64,000 bases of DNA from an uncultured delta proteobacterium (GTDB lineage: Bacteria > Myxococcota > Kuafuiibacteriia > Kuafuiibacteriales > Kuafuiibacteriaceae). The translations under genes were made by a program, and so were the position numbers. Positions 1 to 9,564 of this stretch are shown here, piece after piece (position 1 is the stretch's first letter; each line of letters opens with the position of its first letter). The stretch lies in assembly GCA_963803435.1 (NCBI GenBank), contig CAWDML010000003.1:448001-512000 (forward strand), written 5' to 3'. Under the pieces are notes generated by a model. It did not search any database, was not told the origin of the DNA, and saw only the letters and a list, made by a program, of their open reading frames with translations.

Positions 1-1560
1 AGCTGCGGTGACGGCGTGGTCGTGGAGGCGCGCGAGGAGTGCGACGACGGCTCGACCGCCGGCGAGGACGGCTGCGGCGACTGCGTGATCGAGGCCGGCT
101 GGTCGTGCACCGGCTCGCCCTCCCTGTGCGCCGAGACCTGCGGTGACGGCGAGATCGATCCGGGCGAGGCCTGCGACGACGGCGACAGCAGGCCCGGCGA
201 CGGCTGCTCCTCGAGCTGCCGCGTCGAGCCCGGCTGGAGCTGCCCCAACCAGACGTCGTGCCAGCCGATCTGCGGCGATGGCCGCGTGATCGCTCCCGAG
301 GCCTGCGACGACGGCGGCACCGCGCCGGGCGATGGCTGCTCGCTGGTCTGTGCGGTCGAGCCCGGCTGGAGCTGTCACGGCGAGCCCTCGGTGTGCGAGC
401 GCTGCGGCAACGGCGTCGTCGAGGGCAACGAGGCCTGCGACGACGGCGGCACGGCGCCGGGCGACGGCTGCACCGCGTGTGCGATCGATCCGGGCTGGTC
501 GTGCTCGGGCCAGCCCTCGACCTGCACCAACAACTGCGGCAACGGCACCGTGAACCCCGGCGAGAGCTGCGACAGCACCGCCGGCTGCTCCGCGAGCTGC
601 CAGCCGCTCCCGGGCTACAGCTGCGCCGGTAACGTCTGCCACCCCATCTGCGGCGATGGCATGCGTCTCGGCGCCGAGGTCTGCGACGACGGCAACGGCG
701 GCTCGGGCGACGGTTGCAGCGACGTCTGCCAGATCGAGGTCGGCTTCGCCTGCAGCGGCTCGCCCTCCGTCTGCGCGGCGATCTGCGGCGATGGCCGGAT
801 CGTGGGCGGCGAGAGCTGCGACGACGGCGGCAATGTCTCGGGCGACGGCTGTAGCGCCGGCTGCGCCCAGGAGCTCGGGTGGCAGTGCAGCGGGACACCG
901 TCCAGCTGCAGCGCGGTCTGCGGCGACGGGCTCCTCCGCGGCGCCGAGGCCTGCGACGACGGCAACGGCGCCCCCAACGACGGCTGCAGCGCGGCCTGCG
1001 CCGTCGAGCCGGGATGGTCGTGTACCGGCGCGCCCTCGATGTGCACCCGTCCCTGCGGCAACCATGTGCTCGACGCGGGCGAGCAGTGCGACGACGGCAA
1101 TACGGCCGCCGGCGACGGCTGCTCGCCTTCGTGCCAGATCGAGAGCGGGTTCATGTGCGATCCCGGCGTGGTGCCGAGCATCTGCCGCCATATCGGGTGC
1201 AGCACCTGCCAGCCGGGCGGGCGCTGCTATCAGGCCTGCACCGGCGGCGGCTGCGACGGCGCGGCCCGGATCGCCTGCCCGACCGGCTGCGACTGCGTGA
1301 TCGACTGCCGGCCGGTCGGCAACGGGACCTGCGGCGCCGACTGCGACGAGGCCCTCGGAACCGAGACCACCTGCGTCGTCCTCTGCGACGGCGTCGGGAA
1401 CTGCGGCAAGACGTTCTGCCGCAACGGCGCCGAGTGCAGGCTGGCTTGCGATGCCAGCACCGGCGGGTGCGACTTCAACAACTGTCAGGGCGCCACCCTC
1501 AACTGCGGCAACGACAAGGGCTGCAACGGAGGTTGCTCGCTGCCGGTGCCGGCCTACTGA
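1..1560 (+). CDS. Myxococcus cysteine-rich repeat (DUF4215-like) surface protein, 5' truncated by window edge
   Basis: Frame open from base 1; nine repeats of CG(D/N)G..E.CDDG....GDGC..C..E.GW.C, then a different Cys-rich C-terminal domain. Confidence 0.9.
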   Translation, partial: SCGDGVVVEAREECDDGSTAGEDGCGDCVIEAGWSCTGSPSLCAETCGDGEIDPGEACDDGDSRPGDGCSSSCRVEPGWSCPNQTSCQPICGDGRVIAPEACDDGGTAPGDGCSLVCAVEPGWSCHGEPSVCERCGNGVVEGNEACDDGGTAPGDGCTACAIDPGWSCSGQPSTCTNNCGNGTVNPGESCDSTAGCSASCQPLPGYSCAGNVCHPICGDGMRLGAEVCDDGNGGSGDGCSDVCQIEVGFACSGSPSVCAAICGDGRIVGGESCDDGGNVSGDGCSAGCAQELGWQCSGTPSSCSAVCGDGLLRGAEACDDGNGAPNDGCSAACAVEPGWSCTGAPSMCTRPCGNHVLDAGEQCDDGNTAAGDGCSPSCQIESGFMCDPGVVPSICRHIGCSTCQPGGRCYQACTGGGCDGAARIACPTGCDCVIDCRPVGNGTCGADCDEALGTETTCVVLCDGVGNCGKTFCRNGAECRLACDASTGGCDFNNCQGATLNCGNDKGCNGGCSLPVPAY

Positions 1561-1566
1561 GCGCGC

Positions 1567-2244
1567 GTGCTGCCGGTCTACCTCATCCTGATGGCGCAGT
1601 CGCCCGATCCCGTGGCCGCCTGGCTGGCGCCCAGCCCGCTCGACTTCGAGCGCATCCTCGACGAGACGAGCGCGCTGTGCGAGCGCGCCGAGGCGATCGA
1701 CGCGGCGGTGGCGCGGGTGCAGAACGCGGCCGCGCAGAGCTGGTCGATCACCAGCAGCAAGACGCCGGACGCGCTCGCCGTCGAGCCGATCCTCCTCCGC
1801 GATCATCGGGACGCGGTGCAGTCCCTCCGCGCCTCTTCGGAGCGGCTGGAGCGGATCAGCGAGGCGCCCACGGTGGCGCCGGTCGTCATCGGCGCCCGCG
1901 GGGAGCGCGTGAAGCAGCTCCTCGAGCGGACGCGCCTCTTGGTGCGGCGCTACGCCGAGATGCTCGCGTGGCACGAGCGCTATGTGCGGCCGGCGCTGGC
2001 GCGGCTCGAAGGCTCTCCGGCCCTCTCACCGCGCGCCGGCTGGCCGCTCCCGCGCGTGCGCGCCTCGGACGATCCGCTCCCGCGCACGGCCGTGATCGGG
2101 ATCGGGGGCGGCCTCGTCTGCCCCGACGGTCTCCGCGCCGACGGCTCGACAGTGCTCTTGAAGGGCGAGATCGCCTGCTACGGAGAGTCGGACTGCTCGT
2201 GCGTGCCGGTGCCGGTGGCGCCGGGCGCGGTGCTGGGGCCGTAG
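1567..2244 (+). CDS. hypothetical protein
   Basis: 225-aa ORF 6 nt after the previous stop, coding-like codon pattern, helical N-half and Cys-containing C-end; overlaps the convergent gene by 67 bp. Confidence 0.65.
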   Translation: MLPVYLILMAQSPDPVAAWLAPSPLDFERILDETSALCERAEAIDAAVARVQNAAAQSWSITSSKTPDALAVEPILLRDHRDAVQSLRASSERLERISEAPTVAPVVIGARGERVKQLLERTRLLVRRYAEMLAWHERYVRPALARLEGSPALSPRAGWPLPRVRASDDPLPRTAVIGIGGGLVCPDGLRADGSTVLLKGEIACYGESDCSCVPVPVAPGAVLGP

Positions 2245-2633
2245 AGCTCCTCGAGGAGCGCGTAGGCGCGGCGGAGGTGCGGGATCACGATGCTCCCTCC
2301 GATCACGAGCGCCACGTTGAGCGACTCCTCCTGCTCGGCGCGGGTCGCGTCCAGGCGCCAGCTCTGGATGACGTGGTAGTTGATGCAATCGTCGCAGCGA
2401 AGCGCGGCGGAGACCGACAGGCCCATCAGCTCCTTCGTCTTCGCCGGCAGCGGTCCCTCGAGGTACGCGTTATGGTCGAGGTTGTAGAAGCGCTTCACGA
2501 AGGCGTTGTCGGCGGTGGTCACCGTCTCGTTGAGCCGGCGCCTCGTCTCGATGAAGCTACGAGCTCGCGGGCTCCGCTGGGCGGCGTCCTCCTCGCTCCG
2601 CAAGTATCGAGGCTCCCGCGCGGACGTCTTCAT
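2178..2633 (-). CDS. carboxymuconolactone decarboxylase / AhpD-like protein
   Basis: L..KTKELMGL.VS..LRCDDCINYH motif (CxxC..YH). Confidence 0.9.
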   Translation of the reverse strand: MKTSAREPRYLRSEEDAAQRSPRARSFIETRRRLNETVTTADNAFVKRFYNLDHNAYLEGPLPAKTKELMGLSVSAALRCDDCINYHVIQSWRLDATRAEQEESLNVALVIGGSIVIPHLRRAYALLEELYGPSTAPGATGTGTHEQSDSP

Positions 2634-2671
2634 GACCGGCGGGCATACTGGTCACGGTACGGCGAGGCAAG

Positions 2672-4331
2672 TCACTCGGCGGTGGACGCGGTCGCGGTGG
2701 CGCGGAGACGGCGGCGGTCGCGGCGGCCCGGGCGGGCGATGGCGAGCCGGACGGCGGTCGCGGGGTCGGCCTCGTAGAGGTCGGCCTCCGCGTCCTGGAG
2801 GTCGCCGAGCTGGGGCGCGCGGCGGAGGGCGCGGACGCGGAGGGAGAGGGCGTCGGTGTCCTGGGGGGCGAGCCGGAGGAGCGCGCGGGCCTCGAGGAGC
2901 GCGTGATCGATGCGACCCTCGCGCAGCGCCAGCTCGCCGCGGGCCAGGCGGCCGGCGCGATCCTGGGCGGAGGCGACCGCGCCCACCGGATCCGCGCCCA
3001 GCTCGACCGCTGCGCGGGCGTCGATGCGGGCGGCGACCTCGGCGAGGCCGAGCGTGCGTGCGCTCGCGCGGGAGGCGTCGAGAATCGTTCGACGCCAACG
3101 CCAGCGACATCTCGAGGCGCACGCTCTCCTGGACGGCGCCGCGGCGCGCGAGCTCGGGGAGGAGGGTGCGGGCGCGCTGGAGCTCGCCGTGCTCGAGCAT
3201 CGTGGCGATGCGTCTCCGCACCGGCTCCGGGCAATCGGGCGCCGCCGCCTGCCAGCGCTCGAGCAGGTCATCGAGGAACGGGCCCGTGTCGCCGCGGGCC
3301 GAGACGATCGCCACGCGCATCTCCAGGATCTCCGGCACGCCCGCATACCGCTCGGGGAGCGCGTCGAGGAGCTGCTGCGCCTCGTCGAGCCGGCTCAGGG
3401 CGATCAGTACGCCGGCGCGCGCCGCGGTGAAGCGATGGCCGACCAGCTTCTCGTAGAGCACCTCCGCACGCTGTGCGTCGACGGTCTCGAGCGCCGTCGC
3501 CAGCCTCGCGCTGAAGACCGTGCGATCCGGCTGGAGCTGCTGGGCGGCCTCGAGTGCGCTCACGGCGCTCGCGCTCCGTCCGACCGCGAGATCGCGCGTC
3601 CCCGAGATCCACTGCGCGAGCGACTGCGCCGGATCGAGGAAGACGGCGCGGGCGATCGGATCGTTCTTCTTGTCGCCGAGCGACGGCGCCGGCGGGGGGC
3701 TGACCATCCCGTAGAGGACCGCTGCGGCGCGCCCGGTCAGCAGGCGCGCGTACGGGTTCTTGGACAGCGATCCGCGGAGTCGCGCCTCGAAGGTCTCGCG
3801 CGGCGTGGGACGGGAGAGCAGCGCCGCGATCTGTGCGACGAGGCGTGCCGTCGCCTCGAACGGATCGTCGCGCGGCGCTGCCGCCACCAGCTCGCGGCAC
3901 TCTCCGTCAGCCAGACAGACGGTAGCCGCCAGGGTGAAGCGGTCCTTCTCGCCGGCGAGCGACAGCGCCAGGCGAACGTCCGCGCGATCGGGATCGAGGA
4001 AGCGCGGCGCCGGCTGTGCGCCCACCTGGCAGGTCACCTCCGAGAGATCGGCGAGGGCGGTTGCGATCATCGCGGTGAGGAGCCCGAGCGTCTCGGGGCG
4101 GAACCGAAGCGTCGTCTCCTCGTCGAGCGCGGGCGTGATGCGCACCGAGACGGCGCGCTCCTCCGCGATCCGCTCGGGCTCCGCCCATTGAACTCCCGCC
4201 GGGTCCCCGGTACACGCAGGGAGAGCGGTGGCGAGCAGGAAGAAGAGGGTGCTCCTCTGGAGCTTGGCCGTCGTCCTGTTCGTGCTGGCGAGCGGGCTCG
4301 GTGCCGGCTGGCTCTGGTTCTCTCGAAACAT
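2672..4331 (-). CDS. TPR-like helical repeat putative lipoprotein, frameshifted near 3083; start uncertain
   Basis: ORF 2652..4331 is protein-like up to ...LALASND, then the 2672..3346 frame continues (LDASRASARTLGLAEVAARI...); lipobox-like FFLLATALPAC. Confidence 0.65.
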
Positions 4332-6234
4332 TCTCGCGGATCTACCGACCGATCTCTCGCACCTCAGGGGCTGGAAGCCGCCGACGACGTGCCGAGTATA
4401 CGACGCTTCGGCGCGCCAGCTCGACGAGTTCTACCTCGAACGCCGGATCTGGGTCTCGATCGAGACGCTCCCCGACTTCGTCCCCCAGGCCTTCGTCGCG
4501 GCGGAGGACCGGAGGTTCTTCGAGCACAAGGGGGTCGACCTGTTCGGCATCGTGCGGGCGGTCTGGATCAACCTGACCACCGGTCGCACCCAGCAGGGCG
4601 GCTCCACGATCACGCAGCAGCTGGTGAAGAACCTGCTGGTGGGGAGAGAGCGCAGCTATCGGCGCAAGCTGCGGGAGGCCGTGCTCGCGTACCGGCTCGA
4701 GCGCGAGCTCGACAAGGAGCACATCCTCGAGCTGTACCTCAACTACGTCTACCTCGGCGCCGGCAACTACGGCGTGGAGGCCGCCGCCCGCGACTACTTC
4801 GGCGTGCCAGCCTCGGCGCTCAACCCGGGACAGGCCGCGATGATCGCAGGGCTGGTGCCGGCGCCGGCGCGGTACTCTCCGCGCCCGCACCCCGACGTCG
4901 CCGAGGAGCGGCGCCGACTGGTGCTCGACCGGATGGTGGCCGACGGCTACCTGGAGGTGAAGGAGGCGCAGGAGTTCCTCGACGATCCCGTCTTCTACAA
5001 GCCGGAGGCGCAGGAGAGCAGCCGCATCGGCCTCGCCTACACCACCCAGGTGCGCCGCGAGCTGCGGCGGCTGCTCGGCGCCGAGTGGATCGTGAGCGCC
5101 GGACTTCGCGTGGAGACGCCGCTCGATCTGCGCCTCCAGGAGGTGGCCGAGGGGGCCGTGCTGAAGGCAATCGATGCGCTCGAACGGCGGCAGGCGGCGG
5201 CCAAAGGTCCGCGCCTCCCCACCGAGGGCGCCGCGCTGGTGATGGAGAACGCCACGGGTCGGATCCTGGCGCTGGTGGGCGGCAAGCACGTGGGGCTGGA
5301 GGGCTTCATCCGCGCCACCCAGGCGCGCCGCCAGCCGGGGAGCAGCTTCAAGCCGTACGTGTATGCCACCGCGCTCTCGAAAGGGAAGACGCAGCTCGAC
5401 CTGGTCGAGGACGGGCCGCTCAGCCTGATGGGCGCCGGCGGCAAGCGGTGGTCGCCGAAGAACTACGACGGCCGCTTCCGCGGTCAGGTGTCGCTCCGGA
5501 CGGCGCTGGCCAACAGCCTCAACACCGTCTCGGTGCGCCTCGTGTTCGAGGCCGGGATGGACGACGTCGCACGCATGGCCCAACGCATGGGCGTCACCGC
5601 CCGGCTTCGCGTCGATCCCACGCTGGCGCTGGGGAGCAGCGAGGTCACGCTGATGGATCAGGTGCGCGGCTACGCGACGATCGCGCGGCTCGGTGTTCCG
5701 ACCGACCCGGTGTTCGTCAATCGGATCCTCGACGCCGAGGGTCGGCCGCTCGGGGTGGCAGGCGGCGCCGTGGAGGGACGCAACACCCGCCTGCCGGGTC
5801 GGGCGCCTCCGCGGGTCCTGCCGGCGGGCGTGGCCTACGAGCTCACCGACATGATGCGCGAGGTGGTGCGCAAGGGGACGGCGCGCCGCGCGTACACCAA
5901 GCTGCACGATCGCGCCGGCAAGACCGGCACCACCAATGATTTCGTCGACGCCTGGTTCATCGGGTTCACGCCGCGTCACACCATCGGCGTGTGGATCGGC
6001 ACCGACGGACACGCCTCACTCGGCGACGGCGAGACCGGCGGCCGCGCCGCGCTCCCGGCCTGGATGGAGATCGCGGAGGCCCTCCACGAGCCCCTCTACG
6101 ACCGGTTCCCCGTCCCGGACGAGGCGATCCTGGTGAAGGCCGGCGACGAGTGGGTGGCGCTGCCGCGCGGGCGCGTTCCGGCGCGCGTGCTACCGGTGGA
6201 GGCGCCGGGGTTCGAGCCGCTGGCGGGGCCTTAG
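4228..6234 (+). CDS. class A penicillin-binding protein (PBP1A family)
   Basis: N-terminal TM; transglycosylase EDRRFFEHKGVD and GGSTITQQLVKN; transpeptidase SSFK, SLN, KTGT. Confidence 0.95.
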   Translation: MASRKKRVLLWSLAVVLFVLASGLGAGWLWFSRNILADLPTDLSHLRGWKPPTTCRVYDASARQLDEFYLERRIWVSIETLPDFVPQAFVAAEDRRFFEHKGVDLFGIVRAVWINLTTGRTQQGGSTITQQLVKNLLVGRERSYRRKLREAVLAYRLERELDKEHILELYLNYVYLGAGNYGVEAAARDYFGVPASALNPGQAAMIAGLVPAPARYSPRPHPDVAEERRRLVLDRMVADGYLEVKEAQEFLDDPVFYKPEAQESSRIGLAYTTQVRRELRRLLGAEWIVSAGLRVETPLDLRLQEVAEGAVLKAIDALERRQAAAKGPRLPTEGAALVMENATGRILALVGGKHVGLEGFIRATQARRQPGSSFKPYVYATALSKGKTQLDLVEDGPLSLMGAGGKRWSPKNYDGRFRGQVSLRTALANSLNTVSVRLVFEAGMDDVARMAQRMGVTARLRVDPTLALGSSEVTLMDQVRGYATIARLGVPTDPVFVNRILDAEGRPLGVAGGAVEGRNTRLPGRAPPRVLPAGVAYELTDMMREVVRKGTARRAYTKLHDRAGKTGTTNDFVDAWFIGFTPRHTIGVWIGTDGHASLGDGETGGRAALPAWMEIAEALHEPLYDRFPVPDEAILVKAGDEWVALPRGRVPARVLPVEAPGFEPLAGP

Positions 6235-6296
6235 CTAAACCGTTCCGTTGTCGGGGAACGATTCGGACGTTTTCGGACCGGTTCTTCGGGCGCTCG

Positions 6297-7235
6297 TCAG
6301 AGCGCGTCCTCGAGCACCTGCGCAACTTGCCTTGCGACGTGCTCCCAGCCGAGCGCGTCACGCGCCCGGGCGATCGCCGCCTCCGGCAACGCGGCGGCCA
6401 TCTCCGCCTCGACCGCCGACGCCAGCGCCTGCCTGAGCGCGACCGGCGACGCAGCCACCACCTGCACCGCGACGAGCTCGGGTGCGTAGAGCGATTCGAG
6501 CCGCTCGGCGCTCGGGCCTGGAAGCGCGGCCTGACGACGGCCGCACGCGGCATATTCGGAATCGCCGCCGGTCAGGCTCACGCACGCGTGGGCGGCCTGG
6601 ATTGCGAGGACCTGCTCTTCGCGCGGGCCCGCGCCGAGGAACACCACCGGAGAGGAGGGGCGCGTGGCGGCGCGCATCGCCTGGACGAAGGGGGCGCCGG
6701 GACCGTCGCCCACCACGAGCAGCCCGGTGCCGCTGAGCCGCCGGTGGGCCTCGGCCAGCACGTCCAGGCGGAGCGATGGATCGAGCGCCGCCACCAGCGT
6801 CACGAAGCGCAAGCCAGGTTGCAGGTGGAGCCGTTCCCGTGCGGCGTCGCGGTCGCCCGGGACGAACGTTGCGAGATCGATCGCGGGCGGCACGATCGCG
6901 GCGTCCCTCGCACCCAGCGCGTCGACGGCGTGACGGGCGAGGGTCTCGGACGGTGCGATCACCGTCCGGGCGGCGCGGATGACCCCGAGCGCGGGCGCCG
7001 CCGGCAGGACGTCGCGGTCGAGCTCCACGCCGTACGGGATGCGGAGCGCCAAGAGCGAGAGCGCGACGCGCAGCGCACCGGGCTCGAGCGCGAGGTAGGC
7101 CACATCGGGCCGGTGCCGGAGGACCGCTGGGACGAGCGTGCGGAGGCCCGGAGGAATCGCGACGACGTCGTGCCCCAGGCGCGCCATCGCCCGCACGAGG
7201 GGGCTCTCGCTCCGAGTGAGGACGAGGACGCGCAT
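6297..7235 (-). CDS. glycosyltransferase family 4-like protein
   Basis: GT-B features: MRVLVL, GHDV, VIAPSE, VPPAID, LLVVGDGP, terminal GWEHVA. Confidence 0.8.
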   Translation of the reverse strand: MRVLVLTRSESPLVRAMARLGHDVVAIPPGLRTLVPAVLRHRPDVAYLALEPGALRVALSLLALRIPYGVELDRDVLPAAPALGVIRAARTVIAPSETLARHAVDALGARDAAIVPPAIDLATFVPGDRDAARERLHLQPGLRFVTLVAALDPSLRLDVLAEAHRRLSGTGLLVVGDGPGAPFVQAMRAATRPSSPVVFLGAGPREEQVLAIQAAHACVSLTGGDSEYAACGRRQAALPGPSAERLESLYAPELVAVQVVAASPVALRQALASAVEAEMAAALPEAAIARARDALGWEHVARQVAQVLEDAL

Positions 7236-7449
7236 CCCGAGGCTCGGTCCAAAGGTAGGCGGATCGTGGCAGAGGTGGTTGTTGCTCCGCTCGTCCTGGA
7301 ACCGAACGGCGTCCGTATGTCATACTTCGCGCCGTCTGGCGAAGGATCGGTCCGACAGCGCCGGCCGCCGACCAGGCCGGAATACCACGTACCAGGCCGA
7401 GGCCTATCAAAACGGCGCCGAGCTGGAACCGATCCGCCCGCAGGATCTG

Positions 7450-9273
7450 ATGGATCCGGACGCGACCGGCGCCCGGGTCGAGGGCGACTTCGACGGCTTC
7501 CACCAGCCGACCGCCATGTTCGACAAGGGCCAGTTCCTCGGGGAGCTGGCGGATCTCCAGGACGGCGGCCCGGACACCCGGGCCGCGGTGGAGACCGCCG
7601 ACGCGCCCCGGGGCTGCCGGTTGATCATCGTGGCGGGCCCGGACCTGGGCCTCGAGTGGGGCTTCAAGCACCCGGAGATCGTGATCGGCCGCGATGAGGA
7701 CTGCCAGCTCTCGCTCAACGACATCGCCGTCTCGCGCAAGCACGCCAAGCTCACGCTCGAGGGCCAGCGCTTCTTCCTCTCCGATCTCGGCAGCGGGAAC
7801 GGCACCTATCTCAACGGCGCGCGGGTCGACGCGCGGGTGGAGCTCTCGCCCGGGGACGAGATCAAGATCGGCGAGCGAACGCTTCGCTTCGTCGAGCTCA
7901 ACGAGGCGCCGGCCACCGCCGCGGCGCACCCCATCGGCCCCGGCGGCCGCGAGCCCCTGGTCGGGGATCCGACCGCGTTCGACGACGAGGACTCGTTCCG
8001 ACCGCTCGGCGGCCGCTCGCAAATCGACGTCGACGCGGTGCACGCGAAGGACGAGCCGGGCGTCGTGGGCACCAAGCAGGTTCCGAAGAAGGTCGAGCCT
8101 CCGCCCACCCAGGGGGCGGCCCTCAAGAAGGCGGCGCTGGCCTTCGCAGGGATCGCGCTCCTGCTCACGATCGCCGTGGTCGCCTGGTTGATCTGGGAGA
8201 AGACGCGCGAGGATGAGACCGAGGCCGAGCGGATGGCCCGGTCGAAGCGCGAGTTCGTGCAGGGCGTCGAGCTGGCCAAGGGCAAGCGGTGCGGCGACGC
8301 CTCGGTGCTCTTCAACCGCGTGCTGGCGGTGCGCCCCGACTACGCGCGCGCCCGCGATTACCTCGAGTACTGCCAGCGTGAGCTGGGCGTGTGGAAGCAG
8401 GTGGACGGCGCCCGGAAGCTGGGCGATGCGGGCCGCTACACGATGGCGCTCGAGCAGCTCGAGAACATCTCCAGCGACAGTCGCTACGTCTCGGACATCA
8501 TGCAGCTCAAGGACCGCTACCAGACCGCGATCGCCCGCAAGCTGGTCAAGGAGGCGCAGGGCTACTTCGAGCAGAAGGAGTACGAGCGGGCCCTCGATCT
8601 GGTGGCGCGCGCCCTCGAGCGGGCCCCCAACCTCGTAGAGGCGCGCGAGCTTCTCGATCAGATCGAGGCCGTGGCGAAGCGGCCGGCGCCCAGGCGCAGG
8701 CCCAAGAACGCGATTCCTCCGGTGCTGATGCGCGCTGTGGCGCTGTACAAGAACGCGCAGATCGGCCCTGCGATCGACGCCGCCGAGGCAGCCGGAGGTG
8801 CCGAGGCCGCCGCGTACATCGAGCGCATGAAGCGCGTGAAGACGTTGCTCGACGACACGCGCGAGGCGCACCGGCAGAAGGCCGGCGGCGAGATCCTCCG
8901 GCTGGCGCCGGCCGCCCTCGAGATCGACAAGGAGATCGCGGGCGGCGAGGGGAAGATCCACGACAAGCTGACCAGCCTCTACGCCGACGGCCTCTACCTC
9001 AAGGGCGTGGCGGTGATGGCGTCGGAGGACTACGTCGAGGCCTATCGCCTGCTCAAGGAGGCGACCCGCAAGAAGCCCGGGCACAAGCTCGCCGAGAGCC
9101 GGCTGCTGGAGCTGAACCGGAAGGCGGCCGACATCTATTACCGGGGCTACGTGTTGAAGGACACGGACAAGGTGGAGGCGCGCAAGATCTTCAAACGCCT
9201 CACGCAGATGACTCCGGAGTCGAACGAGTATCACCGCAAGGCGGCCGAGTGGCTGAGGGCGAACAGCGGATGA
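7450..9273 (+). CDS. FHA-domain membrane protein with C-terminal TPR repeats (start may lie further upstream)
   Basis: FHA motifs IGRD..C...LND..VSRKHA and DLGSGNGTYLNG; one TM; TPR-like helices. Confidence 0.9.
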   Translation: MDPDATGARVEGDFDGFHQPTAMFDKGQFLGELADLQDGGPDTRAAVETADAPRGCRLIIVAGPDLGLEWGFKHPEIVIGRDEDCQLSLNDIAVSRKHAKLTLEGQRFFLSDLGSGNGTYLNGARVDARVELSPGDEIKIGERTLRFVELNEAPATAAAHPIGPGGREPLVGDPTAFDDEDSFRPLGGRSQIDVDAVHAKDEPGVVGTKQVPKKVEPPPTQGAALKKAALAFAGIALLLTIAVVAWLIWEKTREDETEAERMARSKREFVQGVELAKGKRCGDASVLFNRVLAVRPDYARARDYLEYCQRELGVWKQVDGARKLGDAGRYTMALEQLENISSDSRYVSDIMQLKDRYQTAIARKLVKEAQGYFEQKEYERALDLVARALERAPNLVEARELLDQIEAVAKRPAPRRRPKNAIPPVLMRAVALYKNAQIGPAIDAAEAAGGAEAAAYIERMKRVKTLLDDTREAHRQKAGGEILRLAPAALEIDKEIAGGEGKIHDKLTSLYADGLYLKGVAVMASEDYVEAYRLLKEATRKKPGHKLAESRLLELNRKAADIYYRGYVLKDTDKVEARKIFKRLTQMTPESNEYHRKAAEWLRANSG

Positions 9274-9524
9274 AGCCGGTCAAGGTCTACTACACACCGT
9301 GGTGCGGGTTCTGTACCCGGGCGCGGCGCTTGCTCGACGCGCGCGCCATTCCCTATGAAGCGATCGACGTCGACGGCGACACCGATACGCGCGAGTGGCT
9401 TTGCGAGGCGACGGGCCAGCACACGGTCCCCCAGATCTTCATCGGGGAGGAGTCGATCGGCGGCTATTCTGAGCTCAGCCACCTCGACTCGACGGGCGAG
9501 CTCGCGAAGAAGCTGGGCGACTGA
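9270..9524 (+). CDS. grxC: glutaredoxin 3-like protein
   Basis: MKPVKVYYTPWCGFC...HTVPQIFIGEESIGGY; ATGA overlap with the upstream stop. Confidence 0.9.
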   Translation: MKPVKVYYTPWCGFCTRARRLLDARAIPYEAIDVDGDTDTREWLCEATGQHTVPQIFIGEESIGGYSELSHLDSTGELAKKLGD

Positions 9525-9564
9525 GCCAGCGCGCCGGCCGCGGTGGGTGGTACAAGGGCCTCGG

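Noticed and set aside
1-1160. DNA-level tandem repeats in Cys-rich genes
   Set aside because: Fully explained by the protein repeats
6241-6260. CGTTCC...GGAACG hairpin between convergent genes as a terminator
   Set aside because: Only a 6-bp stem with no convincing U-tract
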